A DNA stretch of 64,000 bases from Balneolales bacterium (GCA_007132975.1 SLNO01000016.1:1600-65599); one strand, 5' to 3'. Positions 20,589-29,752 are shown, numbered from the stretch's first letter. The notes: generated by a model from the letters alone, not told the origin. Program-made: numbers and translations.

Positions 20589-21122
20589 ATGACAGAAGAC
20601 ATGAAAAACATCAGCCGCATCGACCAGCCATCGAAGAATACGTTCGGATGGTTTGTTCGTATTCGAAGGGACGGCAAAAAGATCAGCCGCTTTTTCAGTG
20701 ACGGAAGGTACGGCGGAAAGGAAAAGGCCCTGACCTCAGCCAGGGAATTCCGAAACAGGAACATTACAGAGTGGGAGAAGTTTGCCAGGAATCCGGACCG
20801 TGCCATGCATATCGGCAAACAGAGCAACATCGGTTATCCGGGAATCAGTTACTGCGTGAAAAGCAAGAACAGGAACGGCGAGGTGTATCAGGAGCATGTC
20901 TTTCAGGTTTCCTACTCACCGGAAAAGGGCGTCCACAAGAATAAATCATTTTACATTCCCAAGGCCCGAACCAAGAGGGAGTTCAAGAAAAACTACGATG
21001 AACGACTCAAAAAGGCGATCGCATTCCGTGACGAACAGATGATGAAGATCTACGGCGTCCGGTACGTGAATTTCAAGAAGAAACACAACTCGTCTGACAG
21101 CAGCAAAAGCGGAAAGGAGTGA
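20589..21122 (+). CDS. basic protein with two AP2-like DNA-binding modules
   Basis: 177 aa and Lys/Arg-rich. GWFVRIRRDGKKISRFFSDGRYGGKEKALTSAREFRNR resembles an AP2 module (three strands plus a helix). A second, weaker module is GISYCVKSKNRNGEVYQEHVFQVSY...KAIAFRDEQM. Confidence 0.55.
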   Translation: MTEDMKNISRIDQPSKNTFGWFVRIRRDGKKISRFFSDGRYGGKEKALTSAREFRNRNITEWEKFARNPDRAMHIGKQSNIGYPGISYCVKSKNRNGEVYQEHVFQVSYSPEKGVHKNKSFYIPKARTKREFKKNYDERLKKAIAFRDEQMMKIYGVRYVNFKKKHNSSDSSKSGKE

Positions 21123-21268
21123 CGCAGGATTAAGTCAGGATTGACTGCCTGTGAAATATATGCTGTTATTTCTATATTGTTTCGTCAGTAATCTCTGGCG
21201 GAGCGGGTGCGGTGCGTTACCTGTGGCGTGCCGCCGGCTGCATGTAACCATTTGAAATCACATCCACG

Positions 21269-23182
21269 ATGCGGAAGACCCTGTCACTATTTACCAGTGT
21301 ACTGCTGGCCGTTCTGTTCCTGGCCGGCGCCTGTGGCACCCCCGAACCTGTCACAGTAACTCCAGAACCTCGTTTTTCAAAAGCCGACGCCCCCACATTC
21401 TACCGCGAGGCAACGGCGTCGGAGGGGATGGTAGTATCGGCACATCCGCTTGGCAGCGAAGCCGGAAAGAGCATGCTGGCCCTTGGCGGCAACGCGGTCG
21501 ATGCGGCTGTTGCCACCGCTTTTGCCATAGCCGTTCTGGAACCCAACATGTCCGGGCTTGGCGGAAGCGGCGCCATGACGATATGGAACCGGCTGGAAGG
21601 CCAGGCCGACTACCTGGATTTCTACGCGGCAACCGGCGCCGACCCTGATTACGAGCTGGACACCGATCCCGACTCACTGGTCACCAGGGAACGCGGCGTG
21701 GCTGTTCCCGGCATGGTGGCGGGGCTTCTTGAGGCGCTGGAGCGGTACGGCACGCTCGACCGCCAGACTGTTTTGGAACCGGCCATCCGGCTTGCGGAGG
21801 AGGGGTTCATCGTGCACCATCTGCTGGCCGATGTGATTGCCGGTTATTCCAGCCGGCTGCTCTATGACAACGACTCAGCCGCACTTTTCTACCCCGGCGG
21901 AGAGCCGCTCCGGGCCGGCGACCTGCTGATCCAGCCCGAACTCGCCGGTGTGCTGCGAAGCCTCGCCGAACAGGGCCGCGATGGCTTCTATTCCGGTGAT
22001 ATCGCCCGCCGCACAATTCAAAAACTCTCCGTGGGAAACAGCCGCCTGACGCTCACCGACTTCGAAAACTACCAGCCGACCTGGCGCGGGGCCCTCTGCC
22101 AGGAGTGGATGGGGCACCGCATCCTGAGCGCGCCGCCAAGCCTGGCCGGACACGAAGTGATCCTGGGCCTCAAGCTGATCGAACGGGGCAATATCGCCCG
22201 CCACGGACACCCCATCTCCAGCGGTGAAGCCCTGGGCGTGCTTGTGGATGCCATCCGAATTGCCCGCGCCGACCGCGGACAGTGGCAGGGCGACCCCACT
22301 TTCGTCGACCTGCCTGTTGCCGGTATGATCAGCGACGAGTATGCCTCGCTCCGTGCGGCATCCATGGGCGGCGATGTGCCCGATACGCTTCATTTCGGCA
22401 ACCCCTGGCCTGCTACACCGCGCTTCACCGCCCCTCCCGGCTGCATTGGCGATGGCTTTTTCGTCCCGCCCCTCAACATCACCGAACGCGATGCCGATGA
22501 GCTCCGGAGCCACATCCCCGCGCCACCCGTCCCTGAGGCGCCGGAAGCGGAAGCAATGGAAACGGAAGCGCCAGAAACTGAGGCCGCTCCGTCACCCGAT
22601 GCAGGCCCGGACGCCAACCCCGACATCGAGGAGCAGCACACCACGCACATATCGGTAGTGGACCGCCACGGCAACGCCGTCTCTATGACCAACACGCTGG
22701 GCCTGTATTTCGGGTCGGCCGTAATCTCCGACGGCGTCTTCTACAACTCGGCCAACCACAATTTCGGCGGCAGCTACGGCAGCATCAGAGGACCCGGACG
22801 CACGGCCCATTCAAGCACCGCCCCCACCATATTACTCAGCGGCGACCGCGTTGAACTTGTGGTAGGGTCGCCAGGCTCCGGCCGCATCCCCCCTGCCGTG
22901 ATCAGCATGATCGTCCACACCATGATCTATGATCTGCATCCTGCCGAAGCCATCCGCATGCCACGTGTATATCCCATGATCAACAATCCCGTTGTGCAGA
23001 TGGAGCGCGGTTACTCCGCCGAGGCGCTCAGAACGCTCAACGAACGCGGCTATGTCATCTCCCCATCCAACTTCCCGATGAACATGCTCTTCGGCGGCGT
23101 CCAGATGATACGGGTGCTGGATGACGGGACCATGATCGGGGTATCGGATCCCAGGCGTGACGGCGGGGCGGCCGGTCTCTGA
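21269..23182 (+). CDS. ggt: gamma-glutamyltranspeptidase
   Basis: Signal peptide. Autoprocessing/nucleophile motif TTHISVVDRHGNAVSMTNTLG. C-terminal GVSDPRRDGGAAG. Confidence 0.9.
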   Translation: MRKTLSLFTSVLLAVLFLAGACGTPEPVTVTPEPRFSKADAPTFYREATASEGMVVSAHPLGSEAGKSMLALGGNAVDAAVATAFAIAVLEPNMSGLGGSGAMTIWNRLEGQADYLDFYAATGADPDYELDTDPDSLVTRERGVAVPGMVAGLLEALERYGTLDRQTVLEPAIRLAEEGFIVHHLLADVIAGYSSRLLYDNDSAALFYPGGEPLRAGDLLIQPELAGVLRSLAEQGRDGFYSGDIARRTIQKLSVGNSRLTLTDFENYQPTWRGALCQEWMGHRILSAPPSLAGHEVILGLKLIERGNIARHGHPISSGEALGVLVDAIRIARADRGQWQGDPTFVDLPVAGMISDEYASLRAASMGGDVPDTLHFGNPWPATPRFTAPPGCIGDGFFVPPLNITERDADELRSHIPAPPVPEAPEAEAMETEAPETEAAPSPDAGPDANPDIEEQHTTHISVVDRHGNAVSMTNTLGLYFGSAVISDGVFYNSANHNFGGSYGSIRGPGRTAHSSTAPTILLSGDRVELVVGSPGSGRIPPAVISMIVHTMIYDLHPAEAIRMPRVYPMINNPVVQMERGYSAEALRTLNERGYVISPSNFPMNMLFGGVQMIRVLDDGTMIGVSDPRRDGGAAGL

Positions 23183-23212
23183 CCGCCCCTCCAGTCAGCA
23201 AAATACACTCTG

Positions 23213-23467
23213 ATGAAGCGCATTATCATCGATATCGACATCCAGAACATCATCGACATCGTTAAAAAACGAAAGGGCCGGATGTCGGCCTTTTTCGCCA
23301 AATATCTCATCAAGGAGGAGACCATACGCGAAGAGGTGGAACGCCGGGTTGTGGATGAAATCCAGAAGGGCCTTGAAACGAACCTGAAAATCCGCCTCCA
23401 TCAGGAAGGTATCAAGGCCCGTGTGGATGTGCGCCAGACCGACCCCTCTACTTCACATAACGGTTGA
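23213..23467 (+). CDS. hypothetical 84-aa protein (doubtful)
   Basis: An open frame with a charged, helix-like second half. It contains a terminator-like hairpin and overlaps the convergent S9 gene by 20 nt. Confidence 0.3.
   Translation: MKRIIIDIDIQNIIDIVKKRKGRMSAFFAKYLIKEETIREEVERRVVDEIQKGLETNLKIRLHQEGIKARVDVRQTDPSTSHNG
23263..23286. terminator. probable intrinsic terminator downstream of ggt
   Basis: AAAGGGCCG-GATGT-CGGCCTTTTT: a 6-bp GC-rich stem, 5-nt loop and T5, preceded by an A-run. Confidence 0.5.
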
Positions 23468-25439
23468 ACCAGTCCACCACGCGATCCATGAAATCCAGCC
23501 GGTGCGCACGCTCCACCAACCCGTGCGGCTGGCGCGGATACATGACCAGCCCCGTGGGAATGTCGTTGAGCTTCAGGAACTGGTAGAGCTGAATGGATTG
23601 CTCCGGGTGGACGCGGTCGTCCGCCAGGCCATGCGCCACCAGGATCGGAGTGCGGGCCCCCTGCAGATGGGCCACCGGGGAACGGTCCCAAGTCAGGCCC
23701 TGGTTCTCGAACCACCATAGGTCCCAGTGCGTAATGGACATCTCATGCGGGATGTCGGTGGTGCCCATAAAAGAGATCCAGTTGGACAGTCCCGCAAACG
23801 TGATGGCCGCTGCGAAGCGGTCGGAGTAGCGCGTACCCGCCCAGGCAGCGAAATAACCGCCATAGGAGGTGCCGGAAATGCCTACCCTGGAGGGATCCAC
23901 AAGACCCTGGTAGGCCAGATGGTCTATGCCACGGATTACATCCTCGAACTCCTTCCCGCCAAGATCACGATGGTTTGCCATGGTAAACCAGGAACCGCGT
24001 CCGCCGCTGCCCCGGTAATTCGGTTTCAGGACCACGTACCCCTCCGATGCCAGCACCTGTGCAGGGTATAGTGGATTTGTATTCCAACCGTCAATGCTTA
24101 CACCTTCCGGGCCACCGTGCGGGAGGATGGCAAGCGGATAGACCTGTCCCTCCTCATACCCGACAGGATATGTCAGCACGCCTTCGATGATCAACCCGTC
24201 CGGACCGCTCCATTCAATGGTTGTCTGACGGCCAAGTTTGAGGTCTTCCAGGAAGCGGTTATTGTTGGTCAGGCGGGTCCATCCAGGCCTGGTGACGCTG
24301 CCCATGTAGACTTCCGGCGGATGGTCCCTACGGTTGACCGCTGCGGCGAAAATCCGGCCGCCTTGCGCAAAACTTACGGAGCGGAAAATCTCCAGGTCGC
24401 CGCCTGCAAGCCGGACGGCCTCTCCGCCTGATGCCGGCATTTCGCGCAGGGCTGTGCGGGTCCCTTCCACAGCGACAAAGCGCAGCGTGTTATTGTCTTT
24501 CCACTGCAGCCACTCCGGTGTACCTTCATAGCCAAGGGGGGTGATATCGGTGGCAATGTAGTCACCAACTTCGGTGATATAGACGCGCTGGGGAAGCGGG
24601 TCGTTGATTGCCCGGGCGGCGAGAAAGGCAAACCGGTTGCCGTCGGGCGACCAACTCATCATGCCCACCTTGCCCTGGCTCTCGGCCAGAAGATCTGTGG
24701 AGCCGTCCCGGACGTTAACCACACTGATCTCGCTGAACATCATCTCATCATCCAGACCGGTGCCAAAAGTCATACGGGCTGCAATGCGGTGGTTGTCGGG
24801 TGACCACTCAAAATCCCACACGGACATGTCTTCCTGTGTCACTGGCCGGGCATCCTCACCTTCCTGCACCCAGAGCCGGACGTGGCGCTCGTCTTCACCT
24901 GAGACCTGCATGTCGAAACCCTGTTCATGGCGCCGTTGCACCTCTTCAGGCAAAGGACTGCGCATGGTGTAGGCCAGAACGGACGGATCCGAAGAAAACG
25001 CATAAGCCATCACCCCTTCCGGGGCCGATGTGTGCTTCATGAGATCGCCGCCAACCACATCGATCGAGTAGACCTGCGGCCGGGCATGATGCTCCCTGTC
25101 AACCATTCGGAAAGCAATACGGTTGGTTCCCGGTACCCATGAAAGCGCCGAAGCGCTGGCCGGCCTGGTAATCAGATGCGATACGTCACCCGTCTCAAGC
25201 TCCATGACATGAAGCTCGGAATAGTTCCCGCCCGGATCTTCGTCCGCCTGGCGTGGTACGCTCAATGTGTAAGCTACATGAGTCGCCTGCGGGTGCAGCA
25301 CAACTTGTCCAACCTGCTTTATGTTCACTACTTCTTCAGGTGAGAGCTGTGCACGCGCCGGCATGGCACATACAGCAAGGAGGAAGAGCAGCAATGCAAC
25401 CGGCTTCAAAAAACCAGCGAGGGAATATCTCGATATCAT
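23448..25439 (-). CDS. S9-family serine peptidase (prolyl oligopeptidase / acylaminoacyl peptidase type) with N-terminal beta-propeller
   Basis: Signal peptide. Catalytic GxSxGG motif in GISGTSYGGYFAAW. C-terminal HGLADDRV and PRQPHG complete an Asp/His triad pattern. Confidence 0.9.
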   Translation of the reverse strand: MISRYSLAGFLKPVALLLFLLAVCAMPARAQLSPEEVVNIKQVGQVVLHPQATHVAYTLSVPRQADEDPGGNYSELHVMELETGDVSHLITRPASASALSWVPGTNRIAFRMVDREHHARPQVYSIDVVGGDLMKHTSAPEGVMAYAFSSDPSVLAYTMRSPLPEEVQRRHEQGFDMQVSGEDERHVRLWVQEGEDARPVTQEDMSVWDFEWSPDNHRIAARMTFGTGLDDEMMFSEISVVNVRDGSTDLLAESQGKVGMMSWSPDGNRFAFLAARAINDPLPQRVYITEVGDYIATDITPLGYEGTPEWLQWKDNNTLRFVAVEGTRTALREMPASGGEAVRLAGGDLEIFRSVSFAQGGRIFAAAVNRRDHPPEVYMGSVTRPGWTRLTNNNRFLEDLKLGRQTTIEWSGPDGLIIEGVLTYPVGYEEGQVYPLAILPHGGPEGVSIDGWNTNPLYPAQVLASEGYVVLKPNYRGSGGRGSWFTMANHRDLGGKEFEDVIRGIDHLAYQGLVDPSRVGISGTSYGGYFAAWAGTRYSDRFAAAITFAGLSNWISFMGTTDIPHEMSITHWDLWWFENQGLTWDRSPVAHLQGARTPILVAHGLADDRVHPEQSIQLYQFLKLNDIPTGLVMYPRQPHGLVERAHRLDFMDRVVDWFNRYVK

Positions 25440-25586
25440 AATCGGTGGATTTGGTTTGTGGGAGGATGGCCCGGAGCAACTGCCGGAGCCGAAAACTCAA
25501 ACTGTCACAGACTTGCATCTGGATTTTGCCGTCTACCGAATATAAAAAAGAATTGCCTAATCGTACCCGTGAATCAACGCAAATGG

Positions 25587-26273
25587 TCAGGGCCGGTACT
25601 CATCCCTGAGCTTCTCTTCAAACAGGATCTTGAATTTGTCGATTTTCGGCCGGATCACAATCTGGCAGTAACCCTGGTCGGGATTGCGCTCAAAGTAGTT
25701 CTGATGGTACTCCTCCGCTTCGTAGAATGCTTCAAGCGGCGTTATTTCGGTGACTATCGGATCATCGAAAATCCCGGATTCGTCCAGTTTCTTCTTGAAA
25801 TACTCCGACCGCTCCCGCTGGTGGTCATCGTGGTAAAAGATCACCGATCGGTACTGCGGACCCACATCGGCGCCCTGGCGGTTTAACGTGGTGGGATCAT
25901 GGGTGCGCCAGAAGATTTGCAGGATCGCGTCGATTGAGATCACATCCGGATCAAAAGTGACCTGCACCACCTCTGCGTGGTTGGTTTCCCCCGTGCTGAC
26001 AATGCGGTAGGACGCTTCATCTTTTCGTCCGCCCGAATACCCGGAGACTACATTTTTCACTCCGTCGACGCGCTGGAATACCGCCTCCACGCACCAGAAA
26101 CATCCGGCGCCCAGGGTTATCTTGCTTTCATTGGCCATATCGTGTTGCTCTGATAAAATTGCATGTGGATGTTTCTGCCCGTATCGCATATTTTTCTCCA
26201 CCTCTGCGGCCCGCAGTAACCCCGGCTGGATCAGCAAGGCAAAAAGCAGTGTTATGGTGGATACGGTTCTCAT
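25587..26273 (-). CDS. msrA: peptide methionine-(S)-sulfoxide reductase MsrA, exported form
   Basis: Signal peptide followed by the catalytic motif GAGCFWCVEAVF and GYSGG. Confidence 0.92.
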   Translation of the reverse strand: MRTVSTITLLFALLIQPGLLRAAEVEKNMRYGQKHPHAILSEQHDMANESKITLGAGCFWCVEAVFQRVDGVKNVVSGYSGGRKDEASYRIVSTGETNHAEVVQVTFDPDVISIDAILQIFWRTHDPTTLNRQGADVGPQYRSVIFYHDDHQRERSEYFKKKLDESGIFDDPIVTEITPLEAFYEAEEYHQNYFERNPDQGYCQIVIRPKIDKFKILFEEKLRDEYRP

Positions 26274-26411
26274 ACGGGTTCATGATTTTGATTTTATGAT
26301 CATCTTACAGGCGCCATGGCTTCGGTCGGTGCATGACAAGTTGCGATCTGCGGATGGCATGTCTTTTATGACAGCCATTTCGCTGTCCATGCCCCGGCTA
26401 GAAGTTCCGGA

Positions 26412-26753
26412 TTACGCCTCTGGCGGCTGCTCACCCGGCTTGGAAAACTTGAACTGATTGTTGAACGCCGTTTTGAGCTCTTCCAAATCATCCTCACCTA
26501 CCAGCTCTTTCATATCGGTGACGCCAATTTTTCGGATCACATTGAAGATCATTCGGTTGAAGATCATTTGATGCGCCATGGATGTTATCTGCATCAGCTG
26601 TTCCTGTCCCAGGTGCTGGTTGGCGAGCTGCAGCTTGTTCATAAGCGGCTCAAGCAGCTCGTGCGCCATTTCGGCCAGTTGCTTTTCCAGTTCCTGTGCC
26701 TCTTCGTTCTTTTTGCTTGTTATCTCGTTGCCGTCGCGGTCTACTAATTTCAT
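26412..26753 (-). CDS. hypothetical helical protein
   Basis: 113 aa, charged and helix-like with no recognisable motif. Its ATG is the first 3 nt (reverse complement) of repeat copy C. Confidence 0.5.
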   Translation of the reverse strand: MKLVDRDGNEITSKKNEEAQELEKQLAEMAHELLEPLMNKLQLANQHLGQEQLMQITSMAHQMIFNRMIFNVIRKIGVTDMKELVGEDDLEELKTAFNNQFKFSKPGEQPPEA

Positions 26754-26854
26754 CTGTTTTAAAATGTTGGGTTTATATGGTCAGATAGAATGTCCATGAC
26801 GTTTTTAATCATGCTTCTGTGTGACCGGGCGATGTCCGGTCATGGATATTTCAC
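26751..26854. repeat. copy C of the ~100-nt intergenic repeat family
   Basis: CATCTGTTTTAAAATGTTGGGTTT..ATAGAATGTCCATGACGTTTTTAATCATGCTTCTGTGTG..CGGTCATGGATATTTCAC. Confidence 0.7.
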
Positions 26855-26870
26855 TACGTGACTTTCAGTT

Positions 26871-26972
26871 CATGTGTTCAAATCAATTTTGGATTTGTAA
26901 GGTCTTATAGAATTTTCATGACGATTTTAATCATAGGACTGTGTGTAAGTGCCACGGTCATGAATATTTCAT
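26871..26972. repeat. copy B of the ~100-nt intergenic repeat family (tandem to copy C)
   Basis: CATGTGTTCAAATCAATTTTGGATTT..ATAGAATTTTCATGACGATTTTAATCATAGGACTGTGTGTAAGTGCCACGGTCATGAATATTTCAT. It starts 120 nt after the start of copy C. Confidence 0.7.
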
Positions 26973-27046
26973 TTGTTGGTAACGAAACCAAGCGTGATTT
27001 CATTCACCCGACAGCGGGCATCCATTTGCAGCAAAGCCGCGGTGTG

Positions 27047-29752
27047 TCACTGCGACATCCGGTACTCCCTGGGCGGTTCGGCGTCCAGCAGGTGCCGCAC
27101 GAAGAAGTCGAAGGTGCGCCGCAGGTGGTAGCGCTCGTTGGCATAGCCGTGCCCCCTGTTGGGCATGACGATCAGGTCGAAATCCTTGTTCTCGCGGATC
27201 AGCTCATCGATGAGCAGCAGTGTGGTATTTGGGTGCACGTTGCTGTCCATGGTGCCATATGTGAGAAGCAGATGGTCCTGAAGCTGTCCGGCATCTTTCC
27301 AGATGGCCTGATTGGCAAAGGTGTCATGACCATCCTCAACGATACGCGGACCCTGGTACTTTTCGCCCCAGTAAAACGTGTACCCTCGGTTATCCATGTT
27401 GCCGGCACTTGCCACACCGGCCTTGAATACCCCGGGGAACCGGAGCAGCGCGCTCATGGTGGCGTAACCACCGCCGGAATGTCCGTACATGCCCGCCCGT
27501 TCGGCATCGATCCACGGGTAGCGCTCGGCCAATTGCCGCACTCCCGCAATCTGGTCCTCAATGCCGTTATCGCTCATATCGCCGTACCATGCCGTGTGGA
27601 ACGACTTGGAACGCAGCGGTGTGCCGAGGGCGTCAAGCTGCACCACTATGAAACCGAGCTCTGCCAGCGCATGGGTCTGTCCACGCCGGATCGGTGAAAA
27701 ACTACGTGTGCCCACACTTCCGATCTGCGGTCCCGGATAGATGTTGACCACCACCGGATAGCTTTTTCCGGGATCGAAATGCGACGGCTTGTAGATCAGT
27801 CCGTAGAGGTCCGTCTCGCCGTCACGCGCTTTCACTGTGAACGGCTCGGGTTTGACCCAATACGTTTCCTGCAGCGGACGGATATCCGCTTCTTCCAGCG
27901 TCATTACTTCTTCGCCGGAAGCATCGCGGAGCACGGTGACCGACGGCGTGCCGAAATCCGAGTACTCATCCACAAAGAATCTTCCGGACGGCGATACGGC
28001 CACTTCGTGGTTTGCATTTTGCGGGCTCAGGAGCACCGGCTTGTCAATCACGGGGTGTCCGTTGCCCAGTCTGATCTCGATGGTGTCGCGGACCGCAGAT
28101 GTACCGAACGTGCCGGTAATGCCCTCCGGACGCCGAATTCCATCCCGGGTATCTTCCTCGGCGCGCTCGGCAGCTCTTTCTGCGGCACGGTCCTGCTCGC
28201 GGTCACGGTCCGTCTCCCGGTCAGCACGGCCGTCGGGTTCACCGGTGGCGTCATCATCGGGTACAACCTCTTTGCCGGGTTTGCCGAAATCCACCCGGTA
28301 GAGGTGCTCAAGGTAAGGATCGCGCCCATCCTCCCTGCCGGCAGCCGTGAACCAAAGCCGGCCCTCCTGCTCATCCACGTGCAGCACATCCACCACGTTC
28401 CAGGGGCCGTAGGTGATCCGCCGAAGCAGCTGGCCGTCATCCAGCCGGTGCAGGTAGAGGTGTCCCCACTCATCCCTGCGGGTGAACCAGATGAACTCGT
28501 CGCGGTCGAAGAGCACGCGCCAGTTTGGCACTCCGCGAGAGGTCAGGTTGGATTCGAAAAACGTTGCCGCCGTCTCGCCGTAGACATGGCGCACGTCACC
28601 GGTTTCGGTGTCGGCGATGTAGAGGTTCACCTCGCGGTAGTCGCGCGATGTGGTCACAAAGGCCAGTTGCGATGCGTCAGCGCTCCATTCCATATCGGCC
28701 CACTGGTCGCCGCGCTCCAGGCCGCAGCAGTTGGATGTGCGCTGATGCGAAGGCTCGATATCAAGCCAGATTTTGGTGAGACTTTCCACATCCAGGACCA
28801 CCCGCTCATGCATCGGGACGATCGAGTCGCCGGGCAGCGCATACGGCCACGAATCCAGGATCGGCCGGTCCTGGGCCGTTTCCAGCAGGTGCAGCTCCTT
28901 GACCTCCCGCTCATCCAGCCGGTACGTGGCGATTTTGCGCGAGTCGGGCGACCAGTGAAGCACCGGGGTTGCCGACCGGAACCAGCCCTGGGAGTTGGTG
29001 GCAAAACCGTGCCGCTCGGCACCCCCGGTGGTCAGGGCAAACTCCTCTCCGCCCTCCATGTCGCGCACCCAAAGGTTGTGATCGCGTATGAACGCCGCCC
29101 ACCGGCCGTCCGGCGAAAGCACGCTGTTGGCCGGGCGCTCCGGACGCTCCGCCTCTCTGCAGGTATAATCATCCAGGTCGCACTCCCAGTTTTTCTCATG
29201 GGCGCGGAACCGGATCGCCGTTTCATCGTGTATGTAGCGGAACGTCGTAAATGGAAGGTCGTCGCCCGTGATCGTCCTGCCGGCCGCCTCGCCCAACGCA
29301 TCGGCCAGACGCTGGTGGTCGAACGCATGGCTGCGCTCTCGCGCATCCGGATCCACCCGGTAAAACCGGAATCCATTGCTGGTCCTGGTGCGGTACCAGA
29401 ACCGGTCGTCATCGATCCAGTTGGGCCGGATGTTGCTCCGCAGCACCTTGTCCTGCAGGTTCCACGAAAGCAGCGACTCGGCACGGCTGTAGTCCGCCTC
29501 GGTCACCACGATCCGGCCATCCCCCGGCGCAACCCCAGACCGGGCCGTAGACGCCGGTTCAGATGTCCCGCAGGCCACAAGCAGCAGCAACGGAATGACA
29601 AGGACGGCCGGCGAGCAGGCCGAAAAAAAACGTTGTTTCGGGTGGATGGGGTTGCTGGGCCGGATAGATGTGATGCCAGAGCCCCGCATGACTGTTTTTG
29701 ATAGCTGCATTTCCATGGTTGTTCTTTTAATCACGGTGAATAACAGGTTCAT
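27047..29752 (-). CDS. S9B-family dipeptidyl-peptidase IV-like serine peptidase (lipoprotein signal)
   Basis: Lipobox LLLLVACG, DPP-IV-type N-terminal propeller, and catalytic GMYGHSGGGYATM. It carries a charged insertion. The start is ambiguous, with several in-frame Met. Confidence 0.88.
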   Translation of the reverse strand: MNLLFTVIKRTTMEMQLSKTVMRGSGITSIRPSNPIHPKQRFFSACSPAVLVIPLLLLVACGTSEPASTARSGVAPGDGRIVVTEADYSRAESLLSWNLQDKVLRSNIRPNWIDDDRFWYRTRTSNGFRFYRVDPDARERSHAFDHQRLADALGEAAGRTITGDDLPFTTFRYIHDETAIRFRAHEKNWECDLDDYTCREAERPERPANSVLSPDGRWAAFIRDHNLWVRDMEGGEEFALTTGGAERHGFATNSQGWFRSATPVLHWSPDSRKIATYRLDEREVKELHLLETAQDRPILDSWPYALPGDSIVPMHERVVLDVESLTKIWLDIEPSHQRTSNCCGLERGDQWADMEWSADASQLAFVTTSRDYREVNLYIADTETGDVRHVYGETAATFFESNLTSRGVPNWRVLFDRDEFIWFTRRDEWGHLYLHRLDDGQLLRRITYGPWNVVDVLHVDEQEGRLWFTAAGREDGRDPYLEHLYRVDFGKPGKEVVPDDDATGEPDGRADRETDRDREQDRAAERAAERAEEDTRDGIRRPEGITGTFGTSAVRDTIEIRLGNGHPVIDKPVLLSPQNANHEVAVSPSGRFFVDEYSDFGTPSVTVLRDASGEEVMTLEEADIRPLQETYWVKPEPFTVKARDGETDLYGLIYKPSHFDPGKSYPVVVNIYPGPQIGSVGTRSFSPIRRGQTHALAELGFIVVQLDALGTPLRSKSFHTAWYGDMSDNGIEDQIAGVRQLAERYPWIDAERAGMYGHSGGGYATMSALLRFPGVFKAGVASAGNMDNRGYTFYWGEKYQGPRIVEDGHDTFANQAIWKDAGQLQDHLLLTYGTMDSNVHPNTTLLLIDELIRENKDFDLIVMPNRGHGYANERYHLRRTFDFFVRHLLDAEPPREYRMSQ

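Noticed and set aside
27779-29701. 640-aa plus-strand ORF antisense to the DPP-IV-type peptidase. The same pattern applies to 38878-40494 (cysNC), 43625-44962 (ggt family), 53197-54738 (ccmF), 60070-61194 (ilvB), 62003-63118 (ilvC) and 12407-13462 (rsmA).
   Set aside because: All are shadows of strongly supported genes on the opposite strand. Their Arg/Gly/His/Pro-rich translations show no domain signatures.
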